Part shown: positions 34,253 to 45,249 of the stretch, piece after piece | Position numbering within the stretch: position 1 is the first letter of the stretch | How the letters are laid out: each line of letters begins with the position of its first letter | Sequence record: NC_054919.1 | DNA from: Escherichia phage vB_EcoM_G4507 | Length of the DNA: 64,000 nt | Reading direction: 5' to 3' (one strand) | Notes under the pieces: model-generated | The model's database searches: none | What the model was told of the DNA's origin: nothing | Seen by the model: the letters and a program-made list of their open reading frames with translations, nothing else | Program-made: the position numbers and the translations under genes

Positions 34253-34858
34253 GTGATTATTTCTAAGTTTGTTACAATAAAACCAAGAAATCATTCAAAA
34301 ATGTGGTCGACAATTCTGGGATATAAAGTATCATATCATGATACAGTATCTGTTCCAATAGAATTAATGCCAAAGAATAGTAATAAAATAGTTGACGCTA
34401 AATGTGATTTGTGTGGTACTAAATTTAGTAGAAGCATTCAACTTTTAAATAGAACACCCACACATGCATGTAGAAAATGTAGCATTAAACAAGTTGCTAT
34501 TAAAAATTCGGAAGTTCAATCTGGAATAAGCAGACCATGGCAAAGAGGCGATAAACATCCTCGATGGACTGGTAAAAGAAAAGAGTTTGCATTATATGCT
34601 AGTAGAGTTCATTCTATAACTAAGTCAGCTAAAATAAGAAAAATTTGGTCAAAATGGCCGAATGCTGATAAAATAGGAGTGTGTGGAGTAGAAGGTGCTT
34701 ACCAACTCGATCATAAAGTATCTATCAAATATGGATTTGATAATTTAATTCCGCCGGAAATTATAGCAAGCGTAAAAAATTTAGAAATAATCACTTGGGA
34801 ATCTAACCGAGAAAAGTCAAAAAGAAATAGCGTAGATCTTTGGGATTTACTAGAATGA
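34253..34858 (+). CDS. HNH-family endonuclease (free-standing homing-endonuclease-like gene) between genes 18 and 19
   Basis: Track ORF 34214..34858; C-terminal D-H...N...N motif (QLDHKVSIKYGFDN..NLEIITWESNREKSKRN) and CxxC...CxxC zinc-ribbon (CDLCGTK..HACRKC); start uncertain: GTG 34253 with GAGGAAA RBS, or ATG 34301; terminator-like hairpin at 34222-34235 lies within the longest ORF version. Confidence 0.6.
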   Translation: MIISKFVTIKPRNHSKMWSTILGYKVSYHDTVSVPIELMPKNSNKIVDAKCDLCGTKFSRSIQLLNRTPTHACRKCSIKQVAIKNSEVQSGISRPWQRGDKHPRWTGKRKEFALYASRVHSITKSAKIRKIWSKWPNADKIGVCGVEGAYQLDHKVSIKYGFDNLIPPEIIASVKNLEIITWESNREKSKRNSVDLWDLLE

Positions 34859-34865
34859 TTCTAAA

Positions 34866-34883
34866 GGCCTGTTTCGACAGGCC
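34866..34883 (+). terminator. hairpin after the HNH gene
   Basis: GGCCTGT-TTCG-ACAGGCC 7-bp stem with TTCG loop. Confidence 0.45.
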
Positions 34884-34884
34884 A

Positions 34885-34892
34885 TATAAATA
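34885..34892 (+). promoter_or_regulatory. late promoter TATAAATA (first of two) upstream of gene 19
   Basis: Exact TATAAATA immediately after the hairpin that follows the HNH gene. Confidence 0.45.
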
Positions 34893-34943
34893 CACTATAT
34901 CCTTAATTCTTTAATTCTATATGCCCTAGGTTAAACATAGGGA

Positions 34944-34951
34944 TATAAATA
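34944..34951 (+). promoter_or_regulatory. late promoter TATAAATA upstream of gene 19
   Basis: Exact TATAAATA 15 nt upstream of ATG 34966. Confidence 0.55.
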
Positions 34952-34965
34952 CTACAGAGGCTAAT

Positions 34966-35457
34966 ATGTTTGTAGATGATGTAACACGAGCGTTTGAATC
35001 TGGTGATTTTGCTCGACCTAACTTATTCCAAGTAGAAATTTCTTATCTTGGACAAAATTTTACATTCCAATGTAAAGCCACTGCTTTACCAGCTGGTATT
35101 GTAGAAAAAATTCCAGTCGGATTTATGAACCGTAAAATTAACGTAGCAGGCGATCGTACATTCGATGACTGGACTGTTACAGTAATGAACGATGAAGCTC
35201 ATGATGCTCGCCAGAAGTTTGTTGATTGGCAAAGCATTGCTGCTGGTCAAGGAAACGAAATTACTGGTGGAAAACCTGCAGAGTATAAAAAGAGCGCTAT
35301 TGTTCGTCAATATGCTCGTGATGCTAAAACAGTAACAAAAGAAATTGAAATTAAAGGTCTGTGGCCTACTAACGTGGGTGAACTTCAATTAGATTGGGAT
35401 TCAAACAATGAAATCCAAACCTTTGAAGTAACTCTTGCTCTCGATTATTGGGAATAA
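34966..35457 (+). CDS. 19: tail tube protein gp19
   Basis: Track ORF 163 aa as T4 gp19; TATAAATA late promoters upstream. Confidence 0.9.
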   Translation: MFVDDVTRAFESGDFARPNLFQVEISYLGQNFTFQCKATALPAGIVEKIPVGFMNRKINVAGDRTFDDWTVTVMNDEAHDARQKFVDWQSIAAGQGNEITGGKPAEYKKSAIVRQYARDAKTVTKEIEIKGLWPTNVGELQLDWDSNNEIQTFEVTLALDYWE

Positions 35458-35489
35458 AATGAATGGGGAGAAATCCCCATCCTGCTTAA

Positions 35490-37114
<1,625 letters not shown>

Positions 37115-37115
<1 letters not shown>

Positions 37116-37354
37116 TGGAAGGTTTAATTGAAGCTATTAAATCAAACGACCTCGTAGCCGCTCGTAAATTATTTGCTGAAGCCATGGCTGCAAGAACGAC
37201 TGATTTAATTAAAGAAGAAAAAATCGCTATCGCTCGTAATTTCTTAATCGAAGGTGAAGAACCTGATGACGAGGATGATGACGAAGACGAAGATAGTGAT
37301 GATAAAGACGACAAAAAAGACAAAGACTCTGACGAAGACGAGGATGATGAATAA
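37115..37354 (+). CDS. 67: prohead core protein gp67
   Basis: Track ORF 79 aa with poly-acidic C-terminal tail ([15 protein letters not shown]), as T4 gp67. Confidence 0.8.
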
Positions 37355-37779
37355 TGCTTCTGATCCCTGAAACTCATGAATTAGTTCTCGAGAATGTCGA
37401 AGCACTTATTCCTGAAGCACAGGGTCGCTTTGACGAATTGTCTTCTGCTTTAAATAAAGACGATATAAATACAATTGTCGAGAATATGCTTGATGATGAA
37501 ACTGATTTAGCGGTTGCATTAGCTTCTATTAATGAAAATATGCCGTTAAATGAATTTATCGTTAAACATGTTTCTGCCCGTGGTGAAATTACTCGCACTA
37601 AAGATCGCAAAACCCGCGAACGTAATGCATTTCAAACTACCGGGTTGTCTAAAGCAAAACGTAGACAAATTGCTCGTAAAGCTACCAAAACGAAGATTGC
37701 CAATCCAGCAGGTCAATCTCGTGCTCAGCGTAAGCGTAAAAAAGCTCTTAAACGCCGTAAAGCATTAGGATTAAGCTAA
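37354..37779 (+). CDS. 68: prohead core protein gp68
   Basis: Track ORF 141 aa with basic C-terminus, as T4 gp68. Confidence 0.8.
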
Positions 37780-38417
37780 TGAATGAACCCCAATTACTAA
37801 TTGAAACTTGGGGTCAACCTGGCGAAATTATTGATGGCGTACCAATGCTTGAATCTCATGATGGAAAAGACTTAGGTTTAAAACCGGGTTTATACATCGA
37901 AGGAATATTCATGCAAGCGGAAGTCGTCAATAGAAATAAACGTCTTTATCCAAAACGTATATTAGAAAAAGCGGTAAAAGACTATATTAATGAGCAAGTT
38001 TTAACTAAACAAGCTCTCGGAGAATTAAATCATCCTCCACGCGCTAATGTTGACCCGATGCAAGCCGCTATCATTATAGAAGATATGTGGTGGAAAGGAA
38101 ATGACGTATACGGACGAGCTCGTGTTATTGAAGGTGACCACGGTCCTGGAGATAAATTAGCAGCTAATATTCGTGCCGGATGGATTCCAGGAGTTTCTTC
38201 TCGTGGATTAGGTTCATTGACTGACACAAATAAAGGTTATCGTATCGTAAACGAAGGATTCAAATTAACTGTAGGTGTTGATGCAGTATGGGGTCCAAGT
38301 GCTCCAGATGCATGGGTAACTCCTAAGGAAATTACCGAATCACAGACGGCGGAAGCCGATACAAGTGCCGATGACGCCTATATGGCTCTCGCAGAGGCCA
38401 TGAAAAAAGCGTTATAA
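37779..38417 (+). CDS. 21: prohead core protein and protease gp21
   Basis: Track ORF 212 aa as T4 gp21. Confidence 0.9.
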   Translation: MNEPQLLIETWGQPGEIIDGVPMLESHDGKDLGLKPGLYIEGIFMQAEVVNRNKRLYPKRILEKAVKDYINEQVLTKQALGELNHPPRANVDPMQAAIIIEDMWWKGNDVYGRARVIEGDHGPGDKLAANIRAGWIPGVSSRGLGSLTDTNKGYRIVNEGFKLTVGVDAVWGPSAPDAWVTPKEITESQTAEADTSADDAYMALAEAMKKAL

Positions 38418-38447
38418 ATATTATTATCTAAACAACAGGACTACAAA

Positions 38448-39257
38448 ATGCTTAAAGAACAACTGATTGCCGAAGCGCAGAAAATTGATGCTTCCGTTGC
38501 TCTTGATAGTATTTTCGAATCAGTTAATATTTCTCCGGAAGCAAAAGAAACTTTCGGCACTGTATTCGAAGCTACCGTCAAGCAGCACGCCGTTAAATTA
38601 GCTGAATCTCATATCGCTAAAATTGCTGAAAAAGCAGAAGAAGAAGTAGAAAAAAATAAAGAAGAAGCAGAAGAAAAAGCTGAGAAGAAAATCGCTGAGC
38701 AAGCTTCTAAATTCCTTGACCATCTTGCAAAAGAATGGCTCACTGAAAATAAATTAGCAGTAGATAAAGGTATCAAAGCCGAACTGTTTGAATCCATGCT
38801 TGGTGGATTGAAAGAGCTCTTCGTTGAACACAACGTTGTTGTTCCAGAAGAATCAGTTGATGTTGTAGCTGAAATGGAAGAAGAACTGCAAGAACATAAA
38901 GAAGAATCAGCTCGTCTGTTCGAAGAACTCAATAAGCGTGACGCATATATCAATTATGTGCAGCGTGAAGTGGCATTGAGCGAAAGTACTAAAGATCTGA
39001 CTGAGTCTCAAAAAGAAAAAGTCTCTGCTCTGGTCGAAGGTATGGATTATTCAGATGCATTCTCAAGTAAATTGAGTGCAATCGTAGAAATGGTGAAGAA
39101 ATCTAATAAAGATGAAAGCACTATTACTGAGAGTATAAATACTCCTGATACTGAAGCAGCCGGACTGAATTTCGTCACTGAAGCTGTAGAAGATAAATCT
39201 GCACAAGGTGCAGAAGATATTGTAAGTGTATATGCGAAAGTCGCATCTCGTTTCTAA
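38448..39257 (+). CDS. 22: prohead core scaffold protein gp22
   Basis: Track ORF 269 aa, E/K-rich coiled coil, as T4 gp22. Confidence 0.85.
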   Translation: MLKEQLIAEAQKIDASVALDSIFESVNISPEAKETFGTVFEATVKQHAVKLAESHIAKIAEKAEEEVEKNKEEAEEKAEKKIAEQASKFLDHLAKEWLTENKLAVDKGIKAELFESMLGGLKELFVEHNVVVPEESVDVVAEMEEELQEHKEESARLFEELNKRDAYINYVQREVALSESTKDLTESQKEKVSALVEGMDYSDAFSSKLSAIVEMVKKSNKDESTITESINTPDTEAAGLNFVTEAVEDKSAQGAEDIVSVYAKVASRF

Positions 39258-39275
39258 TTTTAAAGGTTAACACAA

Positions 39276-40841
39276 ATGACTATCAAAACTAAAGCTGAAC
39301 TTTTGAACAAATGGAAGCCATTACTGGAAGGTGAAGGTTTACCGGAAATTGCTAATAGCAAACAAGCGATTATCGCTAAAATCTTTGAAAACCAGGAAAA
39401 AGATTTCCAGACAGCTCCGGAATATAAAGACGAAAAAATTGCTCAGGCATTCGGTTCTTTCTTAACAGAAGCTGAAATCGGTGGTGACCACGGTTACAAT
39501 GCTACCAACATCGCCGCAGGTCAGACTTCTGGCGCAGTAACTCAGATTGGCCCAGCTGTTATGGGTATGGTACGTCGTGCTATTCCTAACCTGATTGCTT
39601 TCGATATTTGTGGTGTTCAGCCAATGAACAGCCCGACTGGCCAGGTATTCGCGCTGCGCGCAGTATATGGTAAAGATCCAATCGCTTCCGGCGCTAAAGA
39701 AGCATTCCACCCAATGTATGGTCCAGATGCAATGTTCTCTGGTCAGGGTGCTGCTAAGAAATTCGCTGCTTTGAAAGCAAGTGATACTCTTGAAGTCGGA
39801 ACTATTTACACTCACTTCTTCCAGGAAACTGGTACAGTATATCTGCAAGCTACAGCAGCTAAACAAATTGATTCAGGCGCATCTGACGCAGACAAATTAG
39901 ATGCTGAAATTAAGAAACAAATGGAAGCTGGTGTACTGGTAGAAATCGCTGAAGGTATGGCTACTTCTATCGCTGAACTTCAGGAAGGTTTCAACGGTTC
40001 TACCGATAACCCATGGAATGAAATGGGCTTCCGTATCGATAAACAAGTTATCGAAGCTAAATCTCGTCAGCTGAAAGCTGCTTACTCTATTGAATTAGCA
40101 CAAGACCTTCGCGCTGTTCACGGTATGGATGCTGATGCTGAACTGTCTGGTATTCTGGCTACCGAAATTATGCTGGAAATCAACCGCGAAGTTGTTGATT
40201 GGATTAACTACTCCGCTCAGGTTGGTAAATCTGGTATGACCCTGACTCCGGGTTCTAAAGCTGGTGTATTTGACTTCCAGGACCCAATCGATATTCGTGG
40301 TGCTCGCTGGGCAGGTGAATCCTTTAAAGCTCTGTTGTTCCAGATTGACAAAGAAGCAGTTGAAATTGCTCGTCAGACTGGTCGCGGCGAAGGTAACTTC
40401 ATTATCGCTTCCCGTAACGTAGTTAACGTTCTGGCTTCAGTTGATACCGGCATTTCTTATGCTGCACAAGGTCTGGCTACTGGCTTTAACACTGATACTA
40501 CCAAGTCAGTATTTGCTGGTGTTCTGGGTGGTAAATACCGTGTATATATCGACCAGTATGCTAAACAGGATTATTTCACCGTAGGTTATAAAGGTCCGAA
40601 CGAAATGGATGCTGGTATTTACTATGCTCCATATGTAGCTCTGACTCCGCTGCGTGGTTCTGATCCGAAGAACTTCCAACCGGTAATGGGATTCAAAACT
40701 CGTTACGGTATCGGTATCAACCCATTTGCAGAATCCGCTGCTCAGGCTCCGGCTTCTCGCATCCAGAGCGGTATGCCTTCTATTCTGAATAGCCTTGGTA
40801 AAAACGCTTACTTCCGCCGTGTATATGTTAAAGGTATCTAA
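39276..40841 (+). CDS. 23: major capsid protein gp23
   Basis: Track ORF 521 aa as T4 gp23; E. coli-like codon usage; strong terminator hairpin downstream. Confidence 0.95.
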   Translation: MTIKTKAELLNKWKPLLEGEGLPEIANSKQAIIAKIFENQEKDFQTAPEYKDEKIAQAFGSFLTEAEIGGDHGYNATNIAAGQTSGAVTQIGPAVMGMVRRAIPNLIAFDICGVQPMNSPTGQVFALRAVYGKDPIASGAKEAFHPMYGPDAMFSGQGAAKKFAALKASDTLEVGTIYTHFFQETGTVYLQATAAKQIDSGASDADKLDAEIKKQMEAGVLVEIAEGMATSIAELQEGFNGSTDNPWNEMGFRIDKQVIEAKSRQLKAAYSIELAQDLRAVHGMDADAELSGILATEIMLEINREVVDWINYSAQVGKSGMTLTPGSKAGVFDFQDPIDIRGARWAGESFKALLFQIDKEAVEIARQTGRGEGNFIIASRNVVNVLASVDTGISYAAQGLATGFNTDTTKSVFAGVLGGKYRVYIDQYAKQDYFTVGYKGPNEMDAGIYYAPYVALTPLRGSDPKNFQPVMGFKTRYGIGINPFAESAAQAPASRIQSGMPSILNSLGKNAYFRRVYVKGI

Positions 40842-40856
40842 TCTTTGACGATTTAA

Positions 40857-40883
40857 GGGACCTTCGGGTCCCTTTAGTTGTTT
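40857..40883 (+). terminator. intrinsic terminator after major capsid gene 23
   Basis: GGGACC-TTCG-GGTCCC hairpin followed by TTTAGTTGTTTTT. Confidence 0.7.
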
Positions 40884-40889
40884 TTATGG

Positions 40890-40897
40890 TATAAATA
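40890..40897 (+). promoter_or_regulatory. late promoter TATAAATA upstream of gene 24
   Basis: Exact TATAAATA 28 nt upstream of ATG 40925, downstream of the gene 23 terminator. Confidence 0.6.
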
Positions 40898-40924
40898 AAT
40901 CATATAAACTGAAAGGAAAGCGCA

Positions 40925-42208
40925 ATGGCTAAAATCAACGAACTTCTGCGCGAATCAACCACAACGAATAGCAACTCAATCGGTCGCCCAAATCTCGTTG
41001 CTTTGACTCGCGCTACCACTAAATTAATATATTCTGACATTGTAGCAACGCAAAGAACTAATCAACCTGTTGCTGCTTTTTATGGTATCAAATACCTTAA
41101 CCCGGATAACGAATTTACATTTAAAACTGGTGCTACTTACGCCGGCGAAGCTGGATATGTAGACCGAGAACAAATCACAGAATTAACAGAAGAGTCTAAA
41201 TTAACTCTCAATAAGGGCGATTTATTCAAATATAATAATATCGTTTATAAAGTATTAGAAGATACACCATTTGCTGATATTGAAGAAAGCGATTTAGAAT
41301 TAGCTCTTCAGATTGCAATTGTTCTTTTAAAGGTTCGTCTATTTTCTGACGCAGCGTCAACAAGCAAATTTGAAAGCTCTGATAGTGAAATTGCGGATGC
41401 TAGATTCCAGATTAATAAATGGCAAACCGCAGTTAAATCTCGTAAACTTAAAACTGGTATCACAGTTGAATTAGCACAAGATTTAGAAGCAAATGGATTC
41501 GATGCTCCTAATTTCTTGGAAGATTTGCTTGCAACCGAAATGGCAGATGAAATCAATAAAGATATTCTGCAGTCTTTGATTACAGTGTCAAAACGCTATA
41601 AAGTTACAGGAATTACTGATACTGGATTCATCGATTTGAGTTATGCATCTGCACCTGAAGCTGGTCGTTCATTATACCGAATGGTATGTGAAATGGTTTC
41701 ACATATCCAGAAAGAATCAACTTATACAGCAACGTTCTGTGTTGCTTCAGCTCGTGCCGCTGCGATTCTTGCTGCATCAGGTTGGTTAAAACATAAACCA
41801 GAAGATGACAAATATCTTTCACAAAATGCCTACGGGTTCTTAGCTAATGGTTTACCGCTTTATTGCGATACCAACAGCCCATTAGATTATGTAATCGTTG
41901 GCGTAGTAGAAAATATCGGTGAAAAAGAAATTGTTGGATCAATTTTCTATGCTCCGTATACAGAAGGTCTTGACTTAGATGACCCTGAACATGTAGGTGC
42001 ATTTAAAGTTGTAGTTGATCCAGAAAGTTTGCAGCCATCTATCGGTTTATTAGTTAGATATGCTTTATCTGCAAATCCTTACACTGTAGCAAAAGATGAA
42101 AAAGAAGCAAGAGTAATTGATGGTGGAGACATGGATAAAATGGCGGGTCGTTCAGATTTGTCTGTTTTATTAGGTGTTAAGCTACCAAAAATTATCATTG
42201 ATGAATAA
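40925..42208 (+). CDS. 24: capsid vertex protein gp24
   Basis: Track ORF 427 aa as T4 gp24; late promoter TATAAATA at 40890-40897. Confidence 0.9.
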   Translation: MAKINELLRESTTTNSNSIGRPNLVALTRATTKLIYSDIVATQRTNQPVAAFYGIKYLNPDNEFTFKTGATYAGEAGYVDREQITELTEESKLTLNKGDLFKYNNIVYKVLEDTPFADIEESDLELALQIAIVLLKVRLFSDAASTSKFESSDSEIADARFQINKWQTAVKSRKLKTGITVELAQDLEANGFDAPNFLEDLLATEMADEINKDILQSLITVSKRYKVTGITDTGFIDLSYASAPEAGRSLYRMVCEMVSHIQKESTYTATFCVASARAAAILAASGWLKHKPEDDKYLSQNAYGFLANGLPLYCDTNSPLDYVIVGVVENIGEKEIVGSIFYAPYTEGLDLDDPEHVGAFKVVVDPESLQPSIGLLVRYALSANPYTVAKDEKEARVIDGGDMDKMAGRSDLSVLLGVKLPKIIIDE

Positions 42209-42214
42209 AACAAA

Positions 42215-42235
42215 GGGACCTTTCGGTCCCTTTTT
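42215..42235. terminator. bidirectional terminator between gene 24 (+) and rnlB (-)
   Basis: GGGACC-TTTC-GGTCCC hairpin flanked by A-tract on one side and TTTTTATTT on the other. Confidence 0.7.
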
Positions 42236-42237
42236 AT

Positions 42238-43242
42238 TTAACTTACCAATTCAATCCAAGCCGGACGAAGTACATCTTGTACCATTTTAACTAATTCCTT
42301 CTTAATCAAAGAAGGATTATCCGCTTGAGTTAGAGTAATACCTTCACGAGAAGTTTCTTCCAAAATATCTTGAACCGTTAGTCCCATCACCTTTCCAAAA
42401 TCTTTTGGACCAATTTCACCAATTTTAGAAATAACGTTATTTACTCGGTTCAGTGTAACATAACAAGCTAAAATTCCCAGCAATTTATTATCAGCTTCTG
42501 ACAACTCAACTTTAGCTTTAATAGGCTTATCAGACTTTTTCTTTTCACTAAATTTAGAGTTCTTGCATTTGATGGCTACACGATTGCGATTAGGCAGCCA
42601 AGAAGGATAACAAGGTTTCAATACATATCCTTCAGCGGTAAATACTTCGCCTTTTGCTTCAGCATTCCAAACGCATTTATTTGCATCAACTAATCCAGCA
42701 TGGTCTACCGTAAAATTATAATCCTGTACGACAGAATCTAAATCATTTGGCAATTTAATAAGTTCTTCAAATTTACCACGACCTAAAAGTGGAGCCATTT
42801 TAAATTTAAATGTATTACAGAATGATTCCATCATATAATCATCGACATAAATTACATCACCACTTTCTGTAGTAACAATAATGTCAAATACATAAAAATC
42901 TTTATCACCATAATCGACATTCTTCTGAATGCCAGGTCCGGCGAATTCACCAAAGACTTGATAAGATACAACCGCTGAAGTTTCCATAATATCTTGTACT
43001 GCTTTAATGGAATCAGCGTAATTCTTCAAAATAATTTCATACCCAAAGAAATCTTCAGCAGGAAGAATAGGACCAGTTCGTTTAGCACAAGTTACTTTAT
43101 CACGCTCAATAATCAATGAGAAATTTGTGCCGTGAATCTTTTCACGAGCTACCCATTCGCCGCCAGTCAATCCTAAACTGTAAAGTTTTTCAATAAATTT
43201 AGAGTTGTAATGATTTTCAAGACTGCTATACTTTTTAAACAT
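42238..43242 (-). CDS. rnlB: RNA ligase 2
   Basis: Track ORF 334 aa; [12 protein letters not shown].. with nucleotidyltransferase KxHGxN motif (KIHGTN); length as T4 Rnl2. Confidence 0.85.
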   Translation of the reverse strand: MFKKYSSLENHYNSKFIEKLYSLGLTGGEWVAREKIHGTNFSLIIERDKVTCAKRTGPILPAEDFFGYEIILKNYADSIKAVQDIMETSAVVSYQVFGEFAGPGIQKNVDYGDKDFYVFDIIVTTESGDVIYVDDYMMESFCNTFKFKMAPLLGRGKFEELIKLPNDLDSVVQDYNFTVDHAGLVDANKCVWNAEAKGEVFTAEGYVLKPCYPSWLPNRNRVAIKCKNSKFSEKKKSDKPIKAKVELSEADNKLLGILACYVTLNRVNNVISKIGEIGPKDFGKVMGLTVQDILEETSREGITLTQADNPSLIKKELVKMVQDVLRPAWIELVS

Positions 43243-43251
43243 AATTAATCC

Positions 43252-43530
43252 TCAAAATGTAATTTCTAACCAATCACCATCACGCTGATCACTATTGACT
43301 TTAAAGCTAAATCCTTCTTTTCTCAGCCAATCACCAATTTCTTCAGTAATCAATTTATCGCGAGCAGTACAATAATAACTAAAATATGTTTTACCTTGTT
43401 CAGCTGCTTTATTAGCAAGTTCCGAAAAATCTTTAATAAAACACTCTAGCTTAAACTGTTTACTTTTAAGTGCTTTTTCACGTAATTGATTAGCAAAAGA
43501 TTCATTTTCATAAAGATCATACTGTTCCAT
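43252..43530 (-). CDS. hypothetical protein (T4 24.2 position)
   Basis: Track ORF 92 aa; overlaps the upstream ORF by 14 nt. Confidence 0.5.
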   Translation of the reverse strand: MEQYDLYENESFANQLREKALKSKQFKLECFIKDFSELANKAAEQGKTYFSYYCTARDKLITEEIGDWLRKEGFSFKVNSDQRDGDWLEITF

Positions 43531-43732
43531 TTTTCACCTTTTTATTAATATGCCTTTTTCTATAGACAACTTTTTCTCGAGTTTCAAATTTATTCTTAGC
43601 AGTCATAGCTCGAGCCCATAATACAGCCACTTCTTTCGCCTGTAAGTTTAATTCACGAGCAATTTCAATGAATGACTTTCCAGACTCATGAAGAGTAAAC
43701 ACCACAACCTCAGTTCTCATAATCAATCTCAT
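43517..43732 (-). CDS. small protein with helix-turn-helix-like segment (T4 24.3 position)
   Basis: Track ORF 71 aa; segment SGKSFIEIARELNLQAKEVAVLWARA resembles an HTH DNA-binding motif. Confidence 0.45.
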   Translation of the reverse strand: MRLIMRTEVVVFTLHESGKSFIEIARELNLQAKEVAVLWARAMTAKNKFETREKVVYRKRHINKKVKNGTV

Positions 43733-43800
43733 GTTATCGAGTTGATGCCATTATATACATCATTTTCTGAGTATGTTTTGTGTGCTTTCAAAATGAAGAA

Positions 43801-43816
43801 AGGGGCCGAAGCCCCT
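43801..43816 (-). terminator. terminator hairpin after hoc
   Basis: Minus strand GGGGC-TTCG-GCCCC followed by TTTCTTCATTTT. Confidence 0.6.
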
Positions 43817-43821
43817 TATGA

Positions 43822-45240
43822 TTATGGATAGGTATAGATGATACCAGTTTCTAAAGCAGTTTTATGAATGATGTATCCATTGCGTGATTCTTGAACATCA
43901 ACTTCTGGATAGTCTTTCATCATCTTCTGAAGAGTGTAACGATGCAGGTAGTATTTACTATCTGGATCTTCAGTTTTCCAATCTTTACCTTCTTCGGTCA
44001 TTTTTTGGATTTCATCCATAACCCACCAACCGCACCAGATATAAGCTGAAGTGCGATGTGGAAGAGGATGAACATAAGGCAATTCACCTTCTGGTTCCGG
44101 AGCAACTTTATCAGTTACCTGAACTTGGCCTGTTGCTTTAACTGTTTTACTATCATAGTCGGTTGCTGTAACGGTTGCAGTAACTTCAATAGTTTGACTT
44201 CCAATAGATGATGTATCAACCGTGTATACATTAGTTGATTCTTCTACAGGAGAAGAATCTTTCTTCCATGAATATTCGATTTGTGCTTCTTCTGGAGCAT
44301 CCGTAACATTAGCAGTAAATGTAGCCGAAGCATCTTGCTGAACGTTAATAGAAGGAGGAGTCAATGTAACCTGTGGATTCATTGTCTTCTTATTAACTGT
44401 TAATGATACTTCATTAGAAGTAACTTCCTTTTCATTGTAATTTTCAGCCGTTACTTGGGCTACGCATTTAATTCTTTTTACTCCACTTGTAGTTGGAGTA
44501 TAGTTAAATGTAGAGTTAGTTTCTCCACCAATTTGAGAATCATCTACATACCATTTATATGTAGCAGACGCTCCATCAGGTTGAGAAACCAAGGCAGCAG
44601 TAAATTGAACTGGGGTTCCAATTACTCCAGCTGGAGGACTATCAGGAGTTACTGCCAAGGTAGTTGTCTGCGTCTTTTTATTAACAGTCAGTGACACTTC
44701 ATTGGAAGTAACTTCCTTTGTATCATAATCTGTCGCGGTTACTTGAGCTACGCACTTAATTGTTTTAACTCCGCTTGCGTCAGGAGTGTAATTGAATGTA
44801 GTGCTAGTTGCTTCGCCCACAGGAGAACCGTCAACGTACCATTGATACGTAGCGTTTGCACCTGATGGCTGTGAAGCTAAGGCAGCGGTAAATTCAATTG
44901 GAGTTCCAATCACTCCAGCATCAGGGCTACCAGGAGTTACTGCCAAAGTAGTTGTTTGTGTCTTATTTTGAACTGTGATAGTTGTACTAATTTCAGCTGT
45001 TTCAGGTTCAGATTCTGCAACTTGATTGGTTGCAACTACTTTAATAGTCTTTTGACCGGCAGGTCCTTTTAGTACATAACTAAAAGTTGCTGACGTTTCT
45101 TCCTGTGGAGCGTCGTCTACAGTCCAAGCATATGTAATAGGTCCATCTCCAGTTTGACCACTGGGTGTAGCAGTAAACTGCTGAGTCTGATCTATAACTC
45201 CAGTAGGTGTTTTAGGAGTTATATCAACTGTAAAAGCCAT
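43822..45240 (-). CDS. hoc: highly immunogenic outer capsid protein Hoc with four Ig-like domains (one duplicated)
   Basis: Track ORF 472 aa; N-terminus MAFTVDITPKTPTGVIDQ and C-terminal capsid-binding region (ELPYVHPLPHR..IYTYP) as T4 Hoc; two tandem ~96-aa Ig-like repeats (~77% identical). Confidence 0.85.
   Translation of the reverse strand: MAFTVDITPKTPTGVIDQTQQFTATPSGQTGDGPITYAWTVDDAPQEETSATFSYVLKGPAGQKTIKVVATNQVAESEPETAEISTTITVQNKTQTTTLAVTPGSPDAGVIGTPIEFTAALASQPSGANATYQWYVDGSPVGEATSTTFNYTPDASGVKTIKCVAQVTATDYDTKEVTSNEVSLTVNKKTQTTTLAVTPDSPPAGVIGTPVQFTAALVSQPDGASATYKWYVDDSQIGGETNSTFNYTPTTSGVKRIKCVAQVTAENYNEKEVTSNEVSLTVNKKTMNPQVTLTPPSINVQQDASATFTANVTDAPEEAQIEYSWKKDSSPVEESTNVYTVDTSSIGSQTIEVTATVTATDYDSKTVKATGQVQVTDKVAPEPEGELPYVHPLPHRTSAYIWCGWWVMDEIQKMTEEGKDWKTEDPDSKYYLHRYTLQKMMKDYPEVDVQESRNGYIIHKTALETGIIYTYP
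44386..44673 (-). repeat. hoc internal tandem repeat unit (Ig-like domain, downstream copy)
   Basis: Encodes Hoc residues ~190-285 (TQTTTLAVTPDSPPAGVIGTPVQF...SLTVNKK); ~80% DNA identity to the adjacent unit. Confidence 0.8.
44674..44961 (-). repeat. hoc internal tandem repeat unit (Ig-like domain, upstream copy)
   Basis: Encodes Hoc residues ~94-189 (TQTTTLAVTPGSPDAGVIGTPIEF...SLTVNKK). Confidence 0.8.
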
Positions 45241-45249
45241 AAGTTATCC

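Noticed and set aside
38609-38953. Minus-strand 114-aa Ser-rich ORF
   Set aside because: Antisense to the Glu/Lys-rich scaffold gene 22; low complexity, no RBS.
44386-44961. Tandem repeats in hoc as a possible CRISPR-like or satellite array
   Set aside because: Only two units, 288 bp each, in frame within a coding sequence and translating to Ig-like domains; no short repeat-spacer periodicity anywhere in the window.
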